From the NCBI RefSeq assembly GCF_001447785.1, contig NW_015171620.1, positions 1-64,000 on the forward strand: a DNA stretch of 64,000 bases, given 5' to 3'. Each line of letters opens with the position of its first letter. Position 1 is the first letter of the stretch. This stretch comes from Gekko japonicus (lineage: Eukaryota). Both the position numbers and the translations under genes were made by a program. Shown here in pieces: positions 24,465 through 38,433 of this stretch. Under the pieces are notes generated by a model, which saw only the letters and a program-made list of their open reading frames with translations, made no database searches and was not told where the DNA came from.

Positions 24465-25235
24465 TAGACCAACAAGATTTCCAGGGTACATGCTTTTCAG
24501 CTCATACCTTGGACTTCTTTTTGGTCTTTAAGGTGCTACTGGACTCAAGTGTAAAGAGGAGGAAAGCTGGAGGAAATATAAAACAAAACACCTGGCAATT
24601 CCATCAAAGATATATGCCAGGGCTCTTTTTGTAGAAAAAGTTCAGGTGGGTAGCCATGTTCGTGTGCAGTAGAAGACCAGCCTTTGACTCCAGTAGTACC
24701 TTAAAGACGAACATGATTTCCAGGGTACATGCTTTTCAGCTCATACCTTGGACTTCTTTTTGGTCATTAAGGTGCTACTGGACTCAAGTGTAAAAAGGAG
24801 GAAAGCTAGAGGAAATATAAAACAAAACACCTGGCATTTCCATCAAAGATATAGGACTACTATATTAACCTATACAAGGTTTTTGCTTGCTTTTAGAATT
24901 GTTTTAACTGCTTTTGTCTAACTTATATTTTATGTACATTGTAAATGTTACGTTGTATTTTGTAAGCTGCCCTGAGCCGGCCTTGGCTGGGAGGGCAGGG
25001 TAGAAATGTAATCAGTCAAGAAGAGTACCCTTCCCTGATCAGTAATGACTGCTATATTAACCTATACAAGGTTTTTGCTTGCTTTTAGAATTGTTTTAAC
25101 TGCTGTTGTCTAATGTTTTATGTACATTGTAAATGTCACGTTGTATTTTGTAAGCTGCACTGAGCCGGTCTTGGCTGGGAGGGCGGGGTAGAAATTGAAT
25201 CAATCAGTGAAGAAGCGTACCTTTCCCCGATCAGT
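24465..25235 (+). repeat. Two adjacent direct duplications (AABB) downstream of OR4
   Basis: About 24465-24615 ~ 24710-24855, and about 24856-25045 ~ 25048-25235. Confidence 0.75.
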
Positions 25236-27051
25236 ATTTCTTGGATTTCTCAGGTAGGCAGCCCTCAAATCAGTCTAAGGTTATGGAAGGTCACGGTGGA
25301 GCTTGTGGTTTTCCTGGCGGAGACCATATCAAAGATGTTCTCTTTGTCAAATGGAACACAAGGCCACAAAATTTCAACATTATGTAGATCTCCTTGTAGT
25401 ACACATTAGGTGATACAGAAAGTGAAATGAATTATCTGTTCTTTTTATGGCAGTCACAAGAAGAAGAAGAAGAGATTGGATTTATACCCCACCCTTAACT
25501 ACCCAAAGGAGTCTCAGAGCAGCTTACAAACTCCTTTCCCTTCCCCTCCCCACAACAGACACCCTGTGAGGTGGGTGGCCACGGCCATGCAAGGGAAAAC
25601 CATAGAGTTTTCCCTTGTATGGTCATGGCCCCGCCCCCAGCGTGCCCTGCGTCATGACATCACTTCCCTGTGATGCGCATGCCGGGGCGGGGTTCCCCCC
25701 GGGGCCCGATTCCCTGGCGTCGAGAGACGGGCCTCTGGGGCGGGGGGTTTTCCGCCCCCGGGGGGATTTGGCAGCCCTAGTCTGCGCACTTAACCACTAC
25801 ACCAAACTGTATGGTATTCATGTGTGCTCCCTGAAGTAGCCACCACAAGTTTGCCCACACCATTTTAGAGTGAGTTTAAAATGCCACAAGGTCCTAATGT
25901 GCCAATGGCTCGTTGTGTGGAGCTCTTGAAGAGTTCTGTGCCACAAGCCCACAACCTTGTGGATTTTGTCATTGTTGGGGGGTAGTTGCATGGCCCAATA
26001 TGGCTGTACAACATCTTCTACCCTTCAAAACATACATGGAATTTACAAACACATGGTTGAAAAGTGGGTGCCACTCTCTTGAAAGAAATCAGTGGTGTGT
26101 CCCCTTGGGAGGAAGAGGAGAAGACAGTGGCCCAACCATTGGTGATCTCTGACTATCATCATTGGGCTAGAAAAGAGGTCAGATCGGGGTTTTTTTCTAG
26201 AACTGCCTGGGACCCAAAGGCAGTTTGGTGTAGTAGTTAGGAGCACGGACTCTAATCTGGGAGAGCCGGGCTTGATTCCCCACTCCTCCACATGCAGCTG
26301 CTGGTGTGACCTTGGGTCAGTTACAAGTTCTTTCAGAGCTGTTCTCTCACGAGCAGTTCTCGAAAGAGTTCTCTCAGCCCCACCGACCTCACAGGGTGTC
26401 TATTGTGGGGAGAGGGAGGGAAGGAGATTGTAAGCCACTCTGAGACTCCCTCAGGTAGTGAAGGGTGAGGTATAAATCCAATCTCTTCTTCTTCTTCAGA
26501 AATAGTAGCGGTTGAGGATTCTAGCATAAGTCCCCAAGAACAGGCAGCAAATCAGAGTAAAAGGCTCTACCCAATCTCTTCCCCCTGTCATACTAGTTTT
26601 CTGCATGCATGGATTTTTATTGTTCTGGAGCAGTGCCCCTTTCCACAAGAAGACCATCAATGGAACAGGGTGACTGGTAACCATGTTTCTGGAGAAGAGT
26701 CTTCCTTTGCTATTATTCCAGAGCCCAGCTCCATAGCCATACTACATTACATTTGAATTCAGATACTGCACATCAAAAATAATGTAATAATAAATAAATA
26801 CATAGCTTAGGAAATCAACAACTACCTGTGGAAATTACCTGGGAGCAGCCTATCTCCAGAAAGAGAGCTTGTTGGGGGTGGGGGGTGATTATATTGTCCT
26901 CGAGGGACAAAGCCACCAGCTATGACAGTTGGGTTGGCACACGGATGCGCTCTTCCTTCCTATCAAGCCTATCCAATACCCCACAACTGTACCCCCCAAG
27001 AGACAGAAGAAGAAGAGGAGGAGGAGGAGGAGGAGGAGGAGGAGACGATAG

Positions 27052-27180
27052 NNNNNNNNNNNNNNNNNNNNNNNNNNNNNNNNNNNNNNNNNNNNNNNNN
27101 NNNNNNNNNNNNNNNNNNNNNNNNNNNNNNNNNNNNNNNNNNNNNNNNNNNNNNNNNNNNNNNNNNNNNNNNNNNNNNNN
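27052..27180. other. Assembly gap (others at 49595-49728, 58325-58579, 60132-60282, 60542-60564)
   Basis: N runs, each adjacent to a young SINE copy. Confidence 1.
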
Positions 27181-28219
27181 AGGAGGAGGAGGTGGAGGAG
27201 GAGGAGATTGGATTTATACCCCACCCATCACTACCCAAAGGTGTCTCAGAGTGGCTTACAAACTCCTTTCCCTTCCCCTCCCCACAACAGACACCCTGTG
27301 AGGTAGGTGGGGCTGAGAGCTCTGACAGGAACTGTTCTTTTTCAAGAACAGCTCTTATCAGAACTACCTCTTGCCCAAGGCCAGCCAGCCAGGTGCAAGT
27401 GGAGGAGTGGGGAATCAAACCCGGTTATCCCAGATTAGAATCCGCACACTTAACCACTTCACCAAACTGGTGTAGCACTCGTGAACCATATCCTGACACA
27501 GGAAATAGCACTCGTGACCCATATCCTGACACAGTGCTTACAGGCAATGCTCCCTCTAAGCTATGGAGTCTTGTGAGCAAAAATTCTACTTTGTGAGCTA
27601 CTAGCATTAGAGTTGTGAGCGAGTGATTTGGCTGCTGCATAAATTAATTTGCTCTGGAGCCATCCTTCCTGAGCTAAGACAAAGATCTGTGAGCTGGAGG
27701 CTAAAAAAGTGTGAGCTAGCTCACACTAACTCAGCTTAGAGGGAACACTGCTTACAGGGTACCTTATTACGGACAGAGCATCACTCTGAATGCTATTGAG
27801 GTACAGAAAAGAGAACCATCTCAAAAGCATTTATGGGGAAAGGGAGTCCAGGGGTCTCTACAACAGGGAAGGGAAGGAAATACGGCTCCTGTAGGCTGCC
27901 ATAAACCCATATTTATTTCACTTCACCAAATCCCAGGGAACGGATGCATCCTCCCAGAACTAGTTTCCTCTCACTTTGAGAACCACGGGGTTAGATCCAA
28001 TTAGCCCCTCGCTTGCAGCACTGCCTAAGAAGACAACTGCATGTGGAAGACCACCTAGAAAAATCTCTTTGGTCTACAAAATCTACAAAAGAGGAATACC
28101 AATCCCAGTGTGGGTGCTGCCCTAAGGCAACCTCTCCTTTCGCCGCTGGGTGTGCAGCTACGGTAGCAACATCCGATGTAGGAGAGAAATCCTGTCACGC
28201 TGCCACCTTCCCTAAAACC

Positions 28220-28616
28220 CAGGGCTATTTTTGGGCAGGAACGCACAGGAATGGAGTTCCGGCTGGCTCCCAAGTTGGCCACACCCAGCAGGAACGCATT
28301 AGCATAACAGGCCACACCCAACAGCAGAAACTCATTAGGATTGGCTACATTAGGGGGGTGTGGCCTAACATGCAAAGGAGTTCCTGCTACAAAAAAAGGC
28401 CCTGGGTTTTGACAACAAACAAGGTCAACAGAATAAGAAGCAAAAGGTGGGTGTGGCTGGATGAGCACACTTCTGGTAACATGGGGGGGTGGCCTAATGT
28501 GCTAATGAGCTGTGATGTCAGGAGTGTGGCCCAATATGCTAATGAGTTCCTGTTGTTGGGTGTGGCCTATTATGCTAATGAGTTCCTGCTGGGCTTTTTC
28601 TACAAAAAGAGCCCAG
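28220..28616. mobile_element. ~400-bp hAT MITE (copies at 44321-44716 and 62745-63140; short palindromic relative at 61846-62027)
   Basis: TIR CAGGGCT...AGCCCTG, internal CTCATTAGCAT repeats, 8-bp TSDs ctaaaacc and aatacaag. Confidence 0.85.
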
Positions 28617-31600
28617 CTAAAACCTACAACTCAACAAACATAACCAGAAGCTAGAGTTTTATGGGATAAAGAAGGATATGAGCACTGCAGGTTTCATCTC
28701 ACTCACTCACTCACTCACTCAAAACCTCAATCAAGAACTCATTCCCTATGTTGCAAAGCTGCACAAATCAAGGAGGCCTTTGGCCACATAGAGCCTCAGA
28801 AGGCATTCCTTCACCACTGGCTATGGGGAGGAGCCAGGGTTCGGTGATAGGGCGTCTGCTTGGTATGCAGAAGGTCCCAGGTTCCATCCCCGGCATCTCC
28901 AGTTAAAAGACCAGACAGTAGGTGAAGTGAAAGACCTCTGTCTGAGACCCTGGAGAGCCACTGCCAGTCTCAGTAGACAGTACCAGTGGCCAGGGGTCAT
29001 TTCGTAGAAAAAGAGCTAGGGGAACTCATTAGCATAACTCATTAGCATATGCCACACCCCCTGACATCAGAGGTGGGGAGGAAGCAACTTACCCTCCCTC
29101 TTCTCCTGCCTCCTCCTGGCTGAATGAGGGCCGGAAGCGGGGTGGCCGGAAGCAGGGGGCGGGGCTTCGTCATGTGCCCTGCCCATCGCATCTCACCCGG
29201 GGGAACGGTGATCCCCCGTGATGCCCCCAAATCGACCTCTGCTAATGGCTTTGATGAACCAGTGTCCTGATTCGGTGTAAGGCAGCTTCATGTATTCGTG
29301 TGGCAATTAACTATAATACCAACAGCCCACATCAGATTGGCTTCAGTGTTCCCTCTAAGCTGAGTGAGTGGGAGCTAGCTCACCGTTTTTTATCCTTCAG
29401 CTTACACATTTTTGTCTTAGCTGAGGAAGGAGGGCTCCAGAGCAATCTAATTTATGCAGCAGCCAAATCGCTCGCTCACCACTTTAATGCCAGTAGCTCA
29501 CAAAGTAGAATTTTTGCTCACAGGACTCCACAGCTTAGAGGGAGCATTGGCGTGGGTTGTTGGTTTTGTATTCGAGCCTTTTAGAGTCTCAGCACCTTTA
29601 CTGGCAACAAAAAAAAAGATTGAGAGAATGTGCAGATTTGCCTTCAAATTACCTTTGGTACAATCTACCAATGGCACAATTTGCCAAGGATGCAATGCTA
29701 TACCTGTTGGTCCTCCTAATTTCAACACACACACCCTCAATTTGTTCTTCAGTATGAATTTGATTCTGAATAAAGGGGAAAGTGGATGGAGGGTGGCGGG
29801 CCGCTCCTTGGGGAATGTCAGATCCCCTGCCCTGGTGGCAGTTTAAAAAAAAACAGTACACTAGGACATTGTGACTTTGGTACCCCATCAGACAGAGTCC
29901 CTGGTTGGTTAAAAAAAGCAACCTTTTTTTTTCCCTACCAGGGAAAGATCAACAAGACTGATCAAGGGGGTTCTATGGATCCACTGACCAATCAGGGCCT
30001 CAGAGGGAGCCATAAGGAGTGCTCCCTGCCCAATATACTAATACACTGGTGTGGATGGAGTTGGCTTAAAGTGAAAAGCCTGCTGCTCTGTAGCATAGTT
30101 GCCAACTCCTGCTTGGGAAATTCCTGGAGTTTTGGGGGTGATGCCTGGGGAAGGCAGAGTTTGGGGAGGGAAGGGAGCTCAGTGGAGATGAAATGCCACA
30201 GAGGAGGAGGGATTCCCAAAATGGCGCCCACAGGTATCATGGTCTCCACCAACACCTTTCCTGGAGCCAACCAAGTAACTTTAGAAAGTGGAACCAGGTG
30301 GGACACTTGCCCAACAAGGCCTCTGACCGACCACTGGGGATTTGATTGGCTGGGTAGATGGAGGAGAAGGAGGAGGAGAAATTGGATTTAGACCCCACCA
30401 TTCACTCGGAGTCTCAGGTCAGTTTACAAACTCCTTTCCCTTCCCCTCCTCACAACAGACACCCTGTGAGGTAGGTGGGGCTGAGAGAGCACTTTCCAGA
30501 ACTGTCCTTTCAAGGACAGCTCTGACAGAACTATGGCTTGCCCAAGGTCATCCAGCAGCTGCAGGTGGAGGAGTGGGGAACCAAACCCAGTTCTCCCAGA
30601 TTAGAGTCCGCACACTTAACCACTACACCAAACTGGCTCTCATTTCAGTTGAGGCTGCCACCACATTGTGGTTTTACACTCTCACTCCTCCTTCCCGGTC
30701 TATTTTTGAAAGTTATCATTCTTCTCCCCCGCACTTAGGCTTCCTTTTGTGTGTGTGACTCTGCCTCCCCCGGCAGCCATTTTGTGGTTGGCTCTGCTTC
30801 TGCTGGCAGCCATTTTGCAGTTGTGCCCACCACCCTGTGCCAGAATTCTGAACTAGCGTCTTAGCTCAAAAAGGTTTCGGACCCCTGCCATAGATTCTGC
30901 CCTCCAAAGCTGCCATTTTTTCCCAAGGGAACTCTGTTGTCTGGGGATCAAGAACTTCAGGCCCCACCTGGAGGTTGGTAACCTTAGGGAGGGACTTGCT
31001 TGCACTGCTGAGTTAAACAATGGCAAGAGTGACTTAGCTGCCAGCCTACCACCACAGGGACTATCTGCTAAGGACAATCAGGAGGCCGGGAGGAGGTGGT
31101 AGAGCCTCGTCCCATTTCCCCTACTGGGCCAGCCTCCACTGATTCCCCGCCAATTTGATTGGATGACTCCCAAGTCTAATATTGCAGGAGGAACGGGAGA
31201 AGATGCCCACACTGTGTGTAACTGTATCCTCACACACCCACCTCAGGTAAAGGTAAAGGTTTCCCTTGCTCGAAAGCCAGTCGAGTCTGACCCTAGGGTT
31301 GCAGTGCTAATCTCCGTTTCAAAGCCGAAGAGCCAGCGCTGTCCGAAGACGTTTCCGTGGTCATGTGGCCGGCATGACTAAACACTGAGGCGCACGGAAC
31401 GCTGTTCCCTTCCCACCGAAGTGGTACCTATTTATCTACTTGCAATTTCTTGCTTTCGAACTGCTAGGTTGGCAGGAGCTGGAATGAGAGACGGGAGCTC
31501 ACTCCGTCATGCGGCACACTCGGGTCTCGAACTGCTGAACTACCGACCTTCCACAACCTGCAGTTCAGCGTCTTAACCACTTGAGCCACCGCAGCGCCTT

Positions 31601-31809
31601 TACACCCACCTTAGTCGTGTCTTTTTCTAAACTAAAAGGTGCCAGCCGCTTTAGCCCTTCCTCAACAACCTAATCAACTCTATCGGCGTATCTGGTTGCT
31701 TAAAATAGTCCAAAGAGAAAACTCAGGGAAATGATTGTGTGAGGAAATGGTGTTTGTTTCCTCATGGCAGAAGTAAGCAGCCTGTGTCTGAAGTGAGAAC
31801 TTACTGATA

Positions 31810-32054
31810 TTGTCCTTGAGGGGCACAGTCTCAAGGGCCCCCCAAAGATTTATCAGAAGCATTCAGACGCCCACGCTCATGCATGCCCTCTCTTTCGTCC
31901 TAGCAAGCCTGCCGCATGGACAGCTACATCACAGCTGGGCTCCGCGGTAAAACTACAGGGAGGTGCAATAGACTTTTCCCCCCTCCCAATTCTGACAGAA
32001 GATTTCTGATGACTTTTCTCCTGGATGGCGCATCGCTTTCAAAGCTATTGAGGT
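31810..32054 (+). promoter_or_regulatory. Putative OR5 promoter plus first exon
   Basis: TCCTTGAGGGG at 31813, TCTCAAGGG at 31829, ATTTAT at 31848, donor at 32052/32053. Confidence 0.55.
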
Positions 32055-33625
32055 ACAGTAACGGGGACAATTACAAAAAGCAAAGGCGACTGAAGTGGGA
32101 CCGTGGGGGGGGGAGCATTTGTGCTTCTAAAAGGAAATTATAATGATTTATGATAAAATCGTGGCTAAGGCTAAGCTGCGGTGGCTCAAGTGGTTAAGAC
32201 GCTGAACTGCAGGCTGTGGAAGGTCAGTAGTTCAGCAGTTCGAGACCCGAGTGCCGCATGATGGAGTGAGCTCCCATCTCTAGTTCCAGCTCCTGCCAAC
32301 CTAGCAGTTCGAAAGCAAGGAATTGCAAGTAGATAAATAGGTACCACTTCGGTGGGAAGGTAACAGCGTTCCGTGCACCTCGGTGTTTAGTCATGCCGGC
32401 CACATGACCACGGAAAACGTCTTCAGACAGCACTGGCTCTTCGGCTTTGAAACGGAGATGAGCACCGCAACCCTAGAGTCGGATTCGACTGGCTTTCGAG
32501 CAAGGGAACCTTTACCTTTAAGGGGAAAAAAGATTCTGGCTAACAGTGTTCCCTCTAAGCTGAGTTTGTGTGAGCTAGCTCACAGTTCTTTAGCCTCCGG
32601 CTCAAACATTTTTGTTTTAGCTGAGGAAGGATGGCTCCAGAGCAAACTAATTTATGCAGCAGCCCAATCGCTTGCTCACAACTTTAATCCCAGTGGCTCA
32701 CAAAGTAGACTTTTTGCTCATTAGACTCCACAGCTTAGAGGGAACATTGCTGGCTAATGAAACTGAGGGATGATGAGGTATCTCAGGATTCTCAGCTGCA
32801 CCCGTAATTTTTACTTAATTGTTCAGGCAAAGTGATTTCTTCCACTTAGACTCTAGAATTTCCAGTGTCATTCAAAGACACCCTGCCATCCTTAAGTATG
32901 GACACTGTCATATCGTTTTCTATGCTATGGGGAAATGAAGTCTCTCTGAAAAAAATGAGTGGAGGTCCCTGCCTGCTCCAAGGAGGGTCTCTCATTCAGT
33001 GCCCTCAACAACTGAAAGGCCAGACATGCCCCTCACAGAACCCTTCCTGATCACTCACAGGTCTCTGTGGGGAAAAAAATTAGAATGTGTTTGGGCCAAA
33101 AGATCGGTTTCCCCTTCTCTCCCTCTCCTTCCCCTGCAACACCAGTTTCAGAGAATCCCAGACTATCTAAGGTACTATTTGTATACTTTCATATGGAATA
33201 GAAACTTTTGAAACTCTGGCTGCTGCTGACAATTTCTCTGTCTTCATCTCATGCTTTTTTGGTTCTGGTGGGAGAGTCTTGCTCTGTGGGTTCACTGTGC
33301 TCCCAACTTACCCCACCCCCCCACCCATGTGGGGACACAGTTATAATTAGATTCATCAGTGTTATCTGAATACTTCTGAAATGGTTATTTATGAAATTGT
33401 TTTCATTTATGAATTTTTAAAAAATTAATTTTAAAGCACTGGAATTGATTTTTGTATTTATCGGAATGGATATGTAATTATGGTTGTTCGTCGCTTAGAG
33501 CCCTGAATACTCAGGGATTGAGTGATTTATAAATCCAATTTATAAACAAATAAGTTCCTGGTGTTACACTAGCCACAAGTTGGATGAAACAACCCAGCCA
33601 TTTCATGGTAAATTCTGTACAGTTA

Positions 33626-34296
33626 GGGTGCGGTCAGATGGCGTGCTGGGAACAGTTTAAATTGCTCTGGCCCTGATGCGGTCTTTTTTAACCTGGAGAA
33701 TCGCAATCACACTCACCTCCTTGCTTCAGATTGCTGCGCTGTTGTTTTTCTCTCTCTCTCATTCTGGCCATGTGCACAGGCAGCCATCTGTGGAAATAAA
33801 AGTTTCACACCTGCGCAGAACAGCGATTTCCACTTCAACCTGACTGCTGTAACACTTCCCTTTAAACGTTTACCGCCGAAAATGGCCTCCGTGAGATCCC
33901 GAACTCGTCTAAAGGTTAAAACTAGGCACCATTTAAACATTGTTTATAATAACCCTGTGGCGGACCTCCGCCTATGCGCACACCGCCAACGCTTTTTTAA
34001 AAATGGCAGGCGAAAAGCGGAAGCCTCGGGCTGATTTCGAGCACGGAGGGGGTTTAAAATGGAAGTGGCTCGACACCGGAGGCACGATCACACAGGGGGG
34101 GAAATGTGGCTGGAACCGGAGAATCAGGAAAACACCACTTGGGGACCTGGTATCAAAATACTCCGGGTTAAAGCTGTTTTGAGCCAGAAAGCGACGGCTG
34201 GGAACAGGAGGCAGATGCTGACCGTGTGACCGCGCAGATAAAATCCGTCTCTGAGGCGGGCCGAAAGCGGACTAAACGGCCCGTCTGAATGCACCC
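33626..34296. mobile_element. PIF/Harbinger-type non-autonomous DNA transposon
   Basis: TIR GGGTGCGGTCAGATGG / CCGTCTGAATGCACCC, TTA TSD; empty site visible in paralogues at about 8930 and 15340. Confidence 0.85.
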
Positions 34297-35664
34297 TTAG
34301 TTTCTTCTACTGTATTCTAGAAAATTATGAAAATATAAATAATAAAAAAACACAATCTGCTTTTCAGATCTTCAAGTTTTGATGGCATTATCTATGTACT
34401 TTGTAAACCTCTCCCCTCATTCTAACTGACAAGTACAAGATATATAGCAGTGCTAGCAATATAGAACATCTCTTTAAGAGACTCGTTTATCTGAGACAGC
34501 TGGTGCTGTGTAGGAGGGAATTGTTTCCTCAAACGTAGAATTTGGCTGGGTTTGAATATGTTAAATCTATCTTGTTAGTGTCTGCCTATCAATACAAGGC
34601 ATTTGGTTGGGGTTTTTTGTTCTAATGGTTTTGGGAGGGGCTGTGGCTCATGGCTGAGCATCTGCTTGGTATGCAGAAGGTCCCAGATTCAGTCCCTGGC
34701 ATTTCTCCCTCTGCCCCATTCAGCCACTGTTGCAGTGGAAGTTATTAAATCCTTTCAATTCTCTGCAACCTCCAATGGAGGACCTTCAAGCTTCCCAGAA
34801 CTGCTGTTGTCAATTACCAGGCTGATTACACTAAAAATAAATTACCATTGACTTATTTTGACTAGTGTGGTTTGGAGACAAGAACTTCAGCTAAGGAGCT
34901 GCCCCCAATAGATGAAAGGCAGAGAGCCCTGCCCCCCGGAGCGACCAGCCACAGCCTGTGCCAGCCACATAAAGGAATCCATGAATGAGCTGATTATTAG
35001 AATAGATCACTGAATGGTTGCCGCCATCGCTAAACAACACTATGACCAGTGTTCCCTCTAAGCTGAGTTAGTGTGAGCTAGCTCACAGTTTTTTAGCCTC
35101 CGGCTCACAAATTTTTGTCTTAGCTCTGGAAGGATGGCTCCAGAGCAAACTAATTTATGCAGTAGCCAAATTGCTTGCTCACAACTTTAATGCCAGGAGC
35201 TCACAGAGTAGAATTTTTGCTCACACGACTCCATAGCTTAGAGGGAACATTGACTATGACTATCAGATTCGTTTCTTACTAGCACTTTATAATAATAGAT
35301 TGTTTTTAGAAGGTTTTAGGATTGTTAATAACTGTTATTTATGCGTTTTTGCTCTTTTATGTAAGCCACCCTGAATAATAAATAAACAAACAAACAAATT
35401 GTGACCATCTCCTAGCAACGGCATCACTCCAACCCTATGCAGAAGATTACTCAAAGTGCACGTTTTGCTATTATTTTTTATATTTCATAATTTAAAGTAC
35501 CCAGAGGAACAATACCTTCTGATGAAACCTGGATGGGGGGGGTTTGACATTCCCCCTCCCTCTGTGGATTCCATGTCTCTTTAGCATTTCTCTTTCTATG
35601 GAGACAGATAGCCAGACAACTGCAGTCTATTTTATGCAATGCTAATTCTGTCATCTAATTCCAG

Positions 35665-36624
35665 ATGGAGTTCACCAACGGGACGGTTCATGAATTCATT
35701 TTGCTGGGCTTTCAGGTTGGGCAGCTGCAACGACTCCTGCTCCTCGTCTTTTTCACTCTTCTTTACATGCTCGCCATGGCTGAGAACATCACCATCATCA
35801 CACTGGTGGTTCTAGACACCCACTTGTCCCGGCTTCCCATGTACATCCTGCTGAGCAACTTCTCCTGGCTGGAGATCTGTTACGTGAGCACCACTATGCC
35901 CCGGATGCTCTTAGACCTGGCATTGTCCAACAAGATCATCTCCTTCAGCTCCTGCTTCCTCCAGTTTTACATCTTCTTCTCTCTCGGCAGCACTGAATGC
36001 TTCTTCCTCTCTTCTATGGCCTTGGATCGGTACTTGGCCATCTGCCACCCACTGCGATATCCACAGATCATGTCCCCAAGTTTCTGCTATGTCCTCGTCA
36101 CTGCTTCTTGGGCTCTTGGCTTCCTGGCATACATTGTCCCAGTGACACTGATCTCCATGATGTCTTTCTGTGGCCCCAACGTCATTGACCATTTTTTGTG
36201 TGATCCTGGGCCGATTCTGGCTTTGGCGTGCCCTCCACTACCAAATGCTCCCCTCAGTAGTCTGGTTTTTATGGATGTTGTGGTGATCCTAGGCAACATC
36301 TTGTTTGCTGTGCTGTCCTACATCTCTGTGATTGTCACCTTGATGAAAAACTCTAGCAAAGGCAATCGGGCCAAGTCCTTCTCCACCATATCATTCCACT
36401 TGTTGGTGGTCACACTTTACTATGGCCCTGCAGCAGGGATTTATATAAAGCCAGGAGGAGAAACTGATCCAAATGTCACTAAGATAGTCACACTTTTCTA
36501 TACTGCCATAACACCCTTTCTAAACCCCATGATTTACTGTCTGAGGAATGATCAGGTGAAGGAGGCACTGTGCAGGCTATGGAGAAGAAAGGCTGTGCTT
36601 TTGAAAAGAAAAGTCACAGTGTGA
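35665..36624 (+). CDS. Olfactory receptor, family 11-like, intact, 319 aa (OR5)
   Basis: Same OR motifs; OR1-3-type paralogue with the shorter C-terminus KRKVTV. Confidence 0.95.
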   Translation: MEFTNGTVHEFILLGFQVGQLQRLLLLVFFTLLYMLAMAENITIITLVVLDTHLSRLPMYILLSNFSWLEICYVSTTMPRMLLDLALSNKIISFSSCFLQFYIFFSLGSTECFFLSSMALDRYLAICHPLRYPQIMSPSFCYVLVTASWALGFLAYIVPVTLISMMSFCGPNVIDHFLCDPGPILALACPPLPNAPLSSLVFMDVVVILGNILFAVLSYISVIVTLMKNSSKGNRAKSFSTISFHLLVVTLYYGPAAGIYIKPGGETDPNVTKIVTLFYTAITPFLNPMIYCLRNDQVKEALCRLWRRKAVLLKRKVTV

Positions 36625-36689
36625 AAAAGAGGAAAGGAACAGGAAATGTATCACAAAACATGCAATAGTAGTGTCCACAATAAAGCTTT

Positions 36690-38433
36690 TTAATGGAAAC
36701 TATCAGGATGTTTAATAAAATGAGGACCAGAAAGAGATATTCTTACTGGTGAGACAGGGCAAATCATGAATTATTCGAGGGTTCTCAGCTGCACCCACAA
36801 TTTTGACTAAATTGTTAAGTCAAAGTGCTTTTCTTCAGTGAGACCCTAAAAATTCCAATTTTGTCCATAGGCATCCCGCCATCTTGCCCAAAATCAAACA
36901 TGGTGTGAAACAATTGTTTTTACTACTAGAAAACTGAGTATCTCTTCCAAATGTATGAAGGCCCCTGCCGTCTCCTAATCTTTGTTCAGAACGCTGGACA
37001 GCTCCTTCCTCAGCCTCCATGTGTTTAATAAGGGGAAATCCCTTTCAAAACACTTCCTGATCATTCGCAGGATTAGGACGATCAAAGAAATTAATACAAT
37101 GCTGATACTATATATCAATATCATTTTTAAATGATGATGCACAGCTTCTGGTAGACCTTGACACTGTTCTCTAAGAGTTTGCAAGAACAAACATTCTGCC
37201 AAACGTAGGAACTACAGTGATTGTTCCAGATACGGGGCATTACTCCTTCTTCTGTTACTTTATTAAATAGATTTGTCATAAATATTGTGACAAGTTCATC
37301 CTTTTCATTTAAACACAATGTGTATCAAATTGCTTTGTACCTAAATTCCAGTTCATGTATTTTAGGCAAGAGGTTAGGGGTTCTGTTCTTCTGTTCCTTT
37401 CCTTCTCTGTCCTGCAATAGGAAGTCAGACTATTATGTTTTCCCTGCAATACCAGTTTAAGAGCATCCCAAACTATGTGTCAGCATCCTTAATTCAAATT
37501 AAAATGGTTTCCAATGTATCATAGAATCATAGAGTTGGAAGGGACCTCCAGGGTCATCTAGTCCAGCCCCCTGCACAATGCAGGGAATTCACAAATGCCT
37601 CCCCCACACAGACACACCCAGTGACCGCTGTTCCTTGCCCAGAAGATGACAAAAAAACCTCCAGGATCTCCAGCCAAACTGGCCTGGAGAAAATTTGCTT
37701 CCTGACCCCAAAGTGGCGATCGGCATTTCCCTGGGCGTGTAAGAAAGGGCCACAAAAACTAAGCACTGATGCAGCTCTTCCTGCCCTCCCTCTCATGATC
37801 TGCCTCAGTTCACAGAATCAGCATTGTTGACAGATGGCCATCTAGCCTCTGTTTGAAAACCTCCAAAGAAGGAGAGCCCACCACCTCTCGAGGAAGCCTG
37901 TTCCACTGAGAAAACAGCTCTGACTGTCAGAATATTTACTCAGTTTTTCTACCACCAGATCTCACACGAGTAACTAGCAGAGGCTGCAAACCTAAGAAAC
38001 CCGGAGTTGTACCTCAAACATTTGCCATGTATTGCTTTTCCCTTTCTACCGTGGCTCAGTGGTAGAGCATCTGCTTGGTGTGCAGAAGGTTCCAGGTTCA
38101 ATTCCCAGCATCTCCCGCTAAAAGGACCAGGCAGGATGGGAAAGTGATGGGAAAGACCTCTGCCTGAGACCCTGGAGAGCTGCTGCCAATCTGAGTAGAC
38201 AAAAAACTGACTTTTATGGACCGAGGGTCTGGTGCAGTGTAACGCAGCTTCATGTAAGCTATAGTCTCACATCCTCAACTCGACTGAATACCATGTCCAT
38301 TTGAAGCTATCACACTAAAACATTATCAAATCACTAATTCTCTGAAATCCCCCCCACCCAGTTACTCTTTCCTCTACACCAGTATCAAATAGCTGTCGTG
38401 TTGCATTCCCGTGGAAACATGTTTCCCTGTGGT
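36690..38433 (+). pseudogene. Remnant of an OR4-like unit (intron only; no promoter or CDS)
   Basis: Colinear with about 20617-21927 upstream of OR4, with a later CR1 insertion. Confidence 0.75.
37518..37930 (-). mobile_element. Second CR1 family, 3' end (another copy at about 53755-54128; an older CR1 piece at about 48485-48902 on +)
   Basis: catagaatcatagagttggaagggacc tail typical of CR1. Confidence 0.8.

Noticed and set aside
26828-27596. Long ORFs spanning N runs and (GGA)n tracts (also at 49219, 58055 and 60035)
   Set aside because: Artefacts of assembly gaps, microsatellites and SINEs
28013-28654. 213-aa ORF
   Set aside because: Mostly a non-coding MITE; the frame is not preserved in the other two copies
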